IMG/VR virus record: IMGVR_UViG_3300009129_001089
DNA length: 64,000 nucleotides
Direction: 5' to 3' (one strand)
Source of the DNA: a virus
The notes under the pieces are model-generated. The model had not been told where the DNA came from. It did not search any database and saw nothing but the letters and a program-made list of their open reading frames with translations. A program made the position numbers and the translations under genes. Below, in pieces: positions 58,481 to 64,000 of this stretch (positions within the stretch are counted from its first letter, which is position 1; every line of letters begins with the position of its first letter).

Positions 58481-59104
58481 TTATCGTGATGCGAGTAGTT
58501 TAGGATTCTCCCATCTATAGAATAAATGTGTATCTATTGTTACCGTTTTAACAAAATTTTTACGTTTTGACCATCGAGGAAACTTCTCCATCCAACCTGC
58601 ATGATAATGAGTTGCTCCTTCGGTAAAATCAATAATCATCATCGAGCGTTTAAGAAAATATTCTGATAAGGCCAATGAATATGCCCAGGCTTTTTTATTT
58701 TTTGGTTCATCTAATTTTCCATCGCAATACCAACTAAATTGACAGCGGTCTCTAAAAGGATAATATTTTTTCTTTTTCTCATTGTAATAATGTTTTCCTT
58801 CATGAACTACTTTACAAATAGAAGCAGGAAATCTTTTATCTGCAACTCTATTCATTGTAACCAATATTACCGCAATCTTTCCTGATAAACTTTCATTCCT
58901 TGCTTCATGATAAATGTTCATAGCAAGACATTCTACTTGTTCTTTTGAGAACACCATAAACGTATTTCTAAATTTTGGTTCTGTATGTTGTTCAATTTGC
59001 TTTGTGGCTTTTGATATCTCGCCCTGGATTCCTAACGCCATTCCACCTAAAAAAAGATATGACAAGGCGGTTAGTATAATTTTTTTCATACTATTATTCC
59101 TCAC
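58481..59104 (-). CDS. Cell-wall hydrolase (SleB/Hydrolase_2)
   Basis: CLA.NIYHEARNE, V..NRV...FP..IC.VV, CQFSWYCDG, GATHYHA, H.FYR. Confidence 0.9.
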   Translation of the reverse strand: MRNNSMKKIILTALSYLFLGGMALGIQGEISKATKQIEQHTEPKFRNTFMVFSKEQVECLAMNIYHEARNESLSGKIAVILVTMNRVADKRFPASICKVVHEGKHYYNEKKKKYYPFRDRCQFSWYCDGKLDEPKNKKAWAYSLALSEYFLKRSMMIIDFTEGATHYHAGWMEKFPRWSKRKNFVKTVTIDTHLFYRWENPKLLASR

Positions 59105-59221
59105 TAAATTTTAAATATTAAATTATTTTTTTTGTCATTGGTGTAAACCTCAAATTCGTAAAAGGAATCCCTGCCTAGGATCATTCGTGAAATAAGACAG
59201 GGACTAGTTTAGAATTCCTCG

Positions 59222-59449
59222 TTACTTCTTGTTGTAGATTCCCCAAAGGATCCATAACGCGATTAAGCCAACAAGTCCTTCTCCACCTAATGCTTTCACG
59301 AAACTGATTACATTACCTAGGATGTCGATAGGAAGGAATACTACGTTTGTACCAAAAATGATTTGGAATACAACGCCTAATGCTATGACCGAAAGACCAA
59401 TTTCTGTAAGTCCTCTAATCCAAGCAGATACATTTTTAATAATGTCCAT
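59222..59449 (-). CDS. Small two-helix membrane protein
   Basis: 75 aa hydrophobic; AGGAG RBS. Confidence 0.65.
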   Translation of the reverse strand: MDIIKNVSAWIRGLTEIGLSVIALGVVFQIIFGTNVVFLPIDILGNVISFVKALGGEGLVGLIALWILWGIYNKK

Positions 59450-59569
59450 AGTTTTTTACTCCTGTTAGTGATTATCTATAATCACTAGTATATTTACCTG
59501 GTTTTTTAGTATATTTGGTTGTTTTGACCACTTTTCAGTGTTTTTTGGTGGTTAACTATTACTATAATA

Positions 59570-59588
59570 AGGGGGACTTAGTCCCCCT
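59570..59588 (-). terminator. Intrinsic terminator
   Basis: AGGGGGAC-TAA-GTCCCCCT followed by TATTAT. Confidence 0.7.
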
Positions 59589-59596
59589 AATTTAAA

Positions 59597-59827
59597 TTAT
59601 TTGTTTTCAACAAATTCGTAGAGCTCAGTGGCCTTAGTCTTAATATCATCAATGCTATATGACTTTGGCTGAAGTTCTTTCCAAAACTCCATAGTTGCGG
59701 TACCGTTCTCTATTGCTAGATTCCAAGCATCCGTAACAAATTGCTCTTGCCTTGCTGTTTGTTCTTGAAGATAGCCTTGGGCCATTTCAAGTAATTTGAA
59801 TCTAAGTTCAAATGGATTACTAGACAT
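59597..59827 (-). CDS. Conserved phage protein downstream of tmRNA (NPFELR motif)
   Basis: MSSNPFELRFKLLEMA...A.ELY.FV; start reassigned after AAGGAG and a CA-rich leader. Confidence 0.7.
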   Translation of the reverse strand: MSSNPFELRFKLLEMAQGYLQEQTARQEQFVTDAWNLAIENGTATMEFWKELQPKSYSIDDIKTKATELYEFVENK

Positions 59828-59857
59828 AATTTTCTCCTTGTGTGTGTCTGTGTGTAA

Positions 59858-60027
59858 TGGGGGAATTCTTCTGTTCCCAAGTGACCCCCCGGAGGACAAT
59901 CCTCTAACTCGGCTACTGATTATGCGGCAAGCATAACCTGTGCAGGTGAATAATCGTTATTATTTGCGATTATGTTTTTTGTTGTCTCGTCGTTGCATCC
60001 CACGGTGTCGATATCTATTTCACCCCC
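59858..60027 (-). ncRNA. ssrA: tmRNA coding piece (permuted two-piece gene); 3' end approximate
   Basis: 5' GGGGGTGAAATAGATATCGAC; tag frame 59967-59920 encodes ANNNDYSPAQVMLAA*. Confidence 0.9.
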
Positions 60028-60039
60028 ATCAACTAAAAA

Positions 60040-60171
60040 CTAAAAGAGCCAAATACTGTTATTTTCTAAAAAATTTATTCCAAACAAAACAATACCTATT
60101 ATAAGACTAATAATAACGATTGTAGCAAATTCCCCGTCCATACCGATTCTCCCCGGAAGTACGAGTTTCAT
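60040..60171 (-). CDS. Small TM peptide in the tmRNA intervening segment (43 aa, or 33 aa from ATG 60141)
   Basis: MKLVLPGRIG-MDGEFATIVIISLIIGIVLFGINFLENNSIWLF*; GGAG SD before the second ATG. Confidence 0.5.
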   Translation of the reverse strand: MKLVLPGRIGMDGEFATIVIISLIIGIVLFGINFLENNSIWLF

Positions 60172-60201
60172 TTATTCCATTAAATGCTTCTAATTTTTAT
60201 T

Positions 60202-60267
60202 TGGTGGAGGTGGGCGGAATCGCACCGCCGTCCAGTCGTTTTCAACAAAGAGTCTTTAACAACATTA
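60202..60267 (-). ncRNA. ssrA: tmRNA acceptor piece; 5' end approximate
   Basis: GAC GGCGG TGCGATT CCGCC CACCTCC A CCA; pairs with GGGGGTG giving G3.U70. Confidence 0.9.
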
Positions 60268-60273
60268 ATATTT

Positions 60274-60302
60274 ATTATAACATAATTAAAATTGTGTGTC
60301 AA
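60274..60302 (-). promoter_or_regulatory. Consensus sigma70 promoter of the tmRNA precursor
   Basis: TTGACA-17 nt-TATAAT with TGn; overlapping TAAATA. Confidence 0.85.
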
Positions 60303-60311
60303 CCGTCTATT

Positions 60312-62732
60312 TTATGCACTTATTACATTACTATTATCAATTCTTATCCAATTAGCACCGTTATATACAACCATGCAAGCACCACCTGTTTCATTTGAAC
60401 ACCATGCTTGTGAACCTTGATCATTAGCACTATAAAATGCCGCTAATGCATTTAGTTCAGCAACTGTATAACTAGGTGTTTTAATTGTGCCTGCCGCCGA
60501 AGATACTGTTAATGAAGCAGTTGAATTTCCTGCTGAATTAATTGTAAATGTAGATTGAAATGTACTTGCCATTGCAATACCTGAAGTATTTTCTACAGGA
60601 GAAACATGATCATCAGATGAACCTATTGTAGGATACATTGCTGATGTATTTTGACCAACTATAGTTAATTGATATACATTGCTTGCAATCATGTTTTCTA
60701 CTGGTGTGTATGTTAATAACTTATTACTATATGTAATAGTTCCGCCTGTTTCAAATGTATTTGTTGTAGAATTTTTAAATTTTACTGAACCACTACCTGC
60801 TGTTAATACTGCAACATTACCTGTTGCTGTCCAATATGACGAACTAGTTGGTGGTACTTGGTTTGTGTTATTGGCTACTGCTGAAGAATATTCTGCTCCA
60901 TTATATTCTACCAAATCACCTATTGAATATACTTTAGTAGCCGACCATGTAGTTTGAGTATCACCTAATGTAAACGTACTAAAATCCATATCTTGATTAA
61001 ATCGTACTTGAACTATTCCGTCAATTACAACGGTTGTATCGCCCGAACTAGGTGTAATTTCAAGAATTCTAGGTCGCTCAGATGCCAATGTTGTGACTGT
61101 ACCTGCGGCAATTGCATCTGGTGTTTCTAATGATCCTTGGGTAAATTCATATTTGTAACCAATTACATTACCACAATAATCTTTTTCTGCAACTTGGGTA
61201 TAAACAGGTGCAATATAAGATTCTCCTGCAGATGCTAATGCAATTGAATCTTCGTCTAAAAATGCATCAAATATATTAGTTAAAATTGTACCATCTGTTC
61301 GTTGAACAGGATATCCTGCCAATTGATTCCATATTGTTAATATATTTTGAGCGTTATTAATTGCAGTAGGCATATCTTGATAATTTGCTATTGCTTTTTG
61401 TTGTTGTTCTGGAGTTTGATCAGGTAATGATGTTCCTACATAATTTGTTGCACCTTCTCCTGCTACTGCCTCTTTACATGTAAATTGAATTGCTTGTATA
61501 GAAAGCATTTCTTTGCCAGAAATTGAGGTAGGTTTAAGTGGAGAAGTATCATGGTTAGTCGAACCAACTGCAAATGTAAATGTTGAACTTTGATAGGTTG
61601 AAGTATCTAAAACAACTGTCCCACCAAATATTGTATCTCCGTCACCTTCTGGCTTAGGATTAATTGCTTGTACTCCTGTTGAGTTCCAAATTCGTTCATT
61701 ACTACCATTGATATCTGGTCCGCCAAGTATTCTTATAGTTCCGTAATATCCCGAACTAGGTGCCGTAGAATCAGGTAACCTACAAGTAAGTGATGCTGGA
61801 TCCATTTTTTCTGTAAATTTAACAACAACATCTAATGTAACTTTTGTCGATGTTGTTGCTGTTGCATTGTTTATTTTTGTAACTATTATTGGTGCTACTT
61901 CTGTCCCATCTGCGGCAAATTGTACAGTACTATATCCTGATTGAAATATTTGTACTTCGGGATTACTATCAGGTAATGTTACAGGTGCAAGGCTATCTCC
62001 TGTGCCTCCGCCCAATCCATTTTGCTCCATTGCCGCATTTGCTATGTCATTTTCAAATTGTATAATTCTTTTAAAATCATCAGCAATAGACATTAATTGT
62101 GCAATCCAATCATCAACCATACCACTAATATCTATACCTGCTTCTAATGCATCACGAATTTCTTGTAACAATCCACCATTTATATAAGCATCTGTATTGA
62201 GCTTTCCTGTAGAAAAATCAAAACAGACACTTGCTCTATCTGGTATTACTCTACCTAATTTATTAAGAATTGCTTCGCCTTTACCTAAAAATGCTCCCAT
62301 AACTGTTTCCAATAAATTTGGAATAGGTTTGGGATTTATCGGTGTGGCACAAAAGTTAATCATACTTGCTATTGCCGCGGCTTCACCAATAACTGCATTA
62401 AGTCTCATTAATGTAGCAGATAAACCTGTATGGGTATTAAATGCTTGAAGAGCCGATCGGCATGCCCCTAATGCACCCATTAATGCCGCATTTGCACTTG
62501 CAAGACCTAATAATTCATTTAGGTTCATATCTAAACAAATTTGTATTTGAGGCATAGGTTTTAAACCATTGCCTGCAAGTAAATTACAAATCATAGTTTT
62601 CATATTTCCGCCTATTTCTGCCCGTACTACTGTAGAATCTCCATATGTACCTTCAAGACCTACCGAGTGCTTTTCAGCTGAAATATAATTATTAAATGTT
62701 TGTAAATTGTCTCTAAATTCGCTGTATGCCAT
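60312..62732 (-). CDS. Large virion (baseplate/tail-associated) protein with Ig-like and carbohydrate-binding-like modules
   Basis: P.I..ITP......V.......V.FN..MD Ig-like pattern; WSATKVYSIGDLVEYNG.EY CBM5/12-like; next to a PAAR-like gene. Confidence 0.6.
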   Translation of the reverse strand: MAYSEFRDNLQTFNNYISAEKHSVGLEGTYGDSTVVRAEIGGNMKTMICNLLAGNGLKPMPQIQICLDMNLNELLGLASANAALMGALGACRSALQAFNTHTGLSATLMRLNAVIGEAAAIASMINFCATPINPKPIPNLLETVMGAFLGKGEAILNKLGRVIPDRASVCFDFSTGKLNTDAYINGGLLQEIRDALEAGIDISGMVDDWIAQLMSIADDFKRIIQFENDIANAAMEQNGLGGGTGDSLAPVTLPDSNPEVQIFQSGYSTVQFAADGTEVAPIIVTKINNATATTSTKVTLDVVVKFTEKMDPASLTCRLPDSTAPSSGYYGTIRILGGPDINGSNERIWNSTGVQAINPKPEGDGDTIFGGTVVLDTSTYQSSTFTFAVGSTNHDTSPLKPTSISGKEMLSIQAIQFTCKEAVAGEGATNYVGTSLPDQTPEQQQKAIANYQDMPTAINNAQNILTIWNQLAGYPVQRTDGTILTNIFDAFLDEDSIALASAGESYIAPVYTQVAEKDYCGNVIGYKYEFTQGSLETPDAIAAGTVTTLASERPRILEITPSSGDTTVVIDGIVQVRFNQDMDFSTFTLGDTQTTWSATKVYSIGDLVEYNGAEYSSAVANNTNQVPPTSSSYWTATGNVAVLTAGSGSVKFKNSTTNTFETGGTITYSNKLLTYTPVENMIASNVYQLTIVGQNTSAMYPTIGSSDDHVSPVENTSGIAMASTFQSTFTINSAGNSTASLTVSSAAGTIKTPSYTVAELNALAAFYSANDQGSQAWCSNETGGACMVVYNGANWIRIDNSNVISA

Positions 62733-63310
62733 TATCCACCTATCTTAACATTAGGAGAAATCATTTTTTCCAATTTTTTCTTAATTGCTTTATCATAAAT
62801 GCCGTAATAACTTTGTTTCGGATTAGGATTACTAGGCGGTGTTTTAGTTAAATCTAATCCAGTTTTATTACATTTGTCCCAATCTGCATCGCCAGGACTT
62901 GCTTCAACTGAAGGCAAATACCATTGATAATCTGGTGGAACTCCATTTGAAGTATTACCTGGACCTGCTCCGGCACATGCATTACTAGGAGGAGTAGACC
63001 CGCCACTACCATATTTTTGACGTAAATTATGCCACATTTCCATATCGGATTCATTGGCGGCACTATTACCGTCTATAAAACATGTTTTTGGGGTATTAAC
63101 TCTATGTGAGGGCTGAAGTGAATCCCGTGTTTTTATTGCATCTGTATAAGATGTATCAGGAGCCGTTTGGTGCAACGATATAGGTTTATCATTACATTTT
63201 ACTGTAGGATTTGGAATGAAATTTATTCGACTGTAATCCATCATTTCCAAACCGTTTGCTACACAAACCTTGCTTGAAGGTTTTGTTAATTCTGTCATTG
63301 CCGCGGGCAT
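62732..63310 (-). CDS. PAAR-like spike-tip protein with insertions
   Basis: MPAA start, TV..N.KP, T.FIDG..AA...D, SPNV.IGG end. Confidence 0.5.
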   Translation of the reverse strand: MPAAMTELTKPSSKVCVANGLEMMDYSRINFIPNPTVKCNDKPISLHQTAPDTSYTDAIKTRDSLQPSHRVNTPKTCFIDGNSAANESDMEMWHNLRQKYGSGGSTPPSNACAGAGPGNTSNGVPPDYQWYLPSVEASPGDADWDKCNKTGLDLTKTPPSNPNPKQSYYGIYDKAIKKKLEKMISPNVKIGG

Positions 63311-63321
63311 TCATATTTCCT

Positions 63322-63615
63322 TTATACTAATGTTATACCGCTCATTTGTGAACTGTATTCTTTTGCTATACTTTCTACAGGTTCAGCAATTGCAACGATA
63401 TGTTTTTTACTAATTTTTACTGCCTTACCTGATTTCATATCTACGGCTTGTAACCAAGGCATTAATGCTATGCCTTGTTGTGTTATTCCTACCATAAATG
63501 GTCTATCTACAGTATATGAATCAGCATCATCTTCTACGTAAGAGCATATTAACTCTTCGGATGTTGTTAATTTTAATGTAACAACATCTCCTTTTTTATT
63601 TGTTTCTACTAACAT
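63322..63615 (-). CDS. Conserved phage protein (Sm-like beta fold)
   Basis: GDVVTLKL.T.EE.I, G..L.PW, SGI. Confidence 0.55.
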   Translation of the reverse strand: MLVETNKKGDVVTLKLTTSEELICSYVEDDADSYTVDRPFMVGITQQGIALMPWLQAVDMKSGKAVKISKKHIVAIAEPVESIAKEYSSQMSGITLV

Positions 63616-63617
63616 AT

Positions 63618-63893
63618 TTATTTGTTTTTTAGGAGTTGATCGACAGCGGATATTTTTACAGGAATTAAATTTGTTCTATAAATTGCTTTCCATAATTCAT
63701 TGGCTCCGCCTACCCGCCAATTACCATAATAAACAAGCGGAGCCTTATCTGCATTGTGTTTTTCTTTAAATTCTTTTTTTGGTATATCTATGCCAATACG
63801 AATTTCATCATATTCGACTCCTCGTTCTTCCATTATTATTTTTGCATGGTCACATAATTTACAATTATCAATAGTGTAAATTGTTACATTCAT
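63618..63893 (-). CDS. Glutaredoxin
   Basis: IYT..NCKLC..AK, AP.V, VGG. Confidence 0.85.
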   Translation of the reverse strand: MNVTIYTIDNCKLCDHAKIIMEERGVEYDEIRIGIDIPKKEFKEKHNADKAPLVYYGNWRVGGANELWKAIYRTNLIPVKISAVDQLLKNK

Positions 63894-64000
63894 GCAACTT
63901 CTTTTAATAATGTTGTCTTAGGATCTTCTTCTTCTAATGCCCATTCTTTTTGTTCTTCATCAAAATCAATAGGACATCCACCTGGTGCTACACCACAATC
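63890..64000 (-). CDS. C-terminal end of a probable ribonucleotide reductase (class II-like)
   Basis: Hand-translated DCGVAPGGCPIDFDEE...KEVA*: C-terminal redox Cys pair, followed directly by glutaredoxin. Confidence 0.55.
   Translation of the reverse strand, partial: DCGVAPGGCPIDFDEEQKEWALEEEDPKTTLLKEVA

Noticed and set aside
59828-59899. N-terminal extension of ORF 59597-59899 and the (CA)n-like tract as a repeat element
   Set aside because: The extension overlaps the tmRNA 3' region; the real start follows AAGGAG at 59827, and the CA tract looks like an unstructured leader
60201-60398. Stand-alone tRNA fragment or attP site, and the + strand ORF MVEVGGIAPPS
   Set aside because: It is the acceptor piece of the permuted tmRNA; the ORF is its antisense translation
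231-62448. The many + strand ORFs in the ORF track
   Set aside because: Almost all are antisense shadows of well-supported minus-strand genes, with no RBS or recognisable motifs
1-64000. Stop-codon reassignment (TAG or TGA recoding), as in some large phages
   Set aside because: Conserved enzymes are full length under code 11, TAG and TGA end genes at expected positions, and no suppressor tRNA is seen

Overview
AT-rich (about 30% GC by eye), gene-dense window in which essentially every gene lies on the minus strand. The content fits a segment of a large (jumbo, myovirus-like) aquatic bacteriophage genome: a PAAR-like spike, a baseplate/tail-type protein, a cell-wall hydrolase, holins, phage GroES, a short DnaE fragment and sigma70 early promoters plus TAAATA late-type motifs. 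It carries an unusually rich set of auxiliary genes. These include a near-complete de novo purine cluster (purC, purF, purD, guaA, purM, purE, guaC, purS, purL, purQ, purB, purN) with isocitrate lyase and ClpP embedded in it, plus ClpX, ClpS, Hsp20 with a ROSE-like leader, IF3, bS21, IscU and two IscA, QueD, SAM decarboxylase, an SbmA/BacA transporter, three flavin halogenases, about 11 2OG-Fe(II) oxygenases, two GT9 glycosyltransferases and a split carbamoyltransferase. RNA genes are eight tRNAs (including a rare Ile-UAU) and a circularly permuted two-piece tmRNA whose intervening segment encodes a small membrane protein. The most interesting unexplained signals are: (i) a DIP1984-like coiled-coil gene followed at once by a 190-nt G.U-rich rod-like RNA; (ii) two oxygenase CDSs whose only stop codon is the U8-A9-G10 of the downstream tRNA; (iii) a second structured intergenic RNA at about 48.7-49.0 kb. 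All family calls come from motif recognition by eye; no searches were run.
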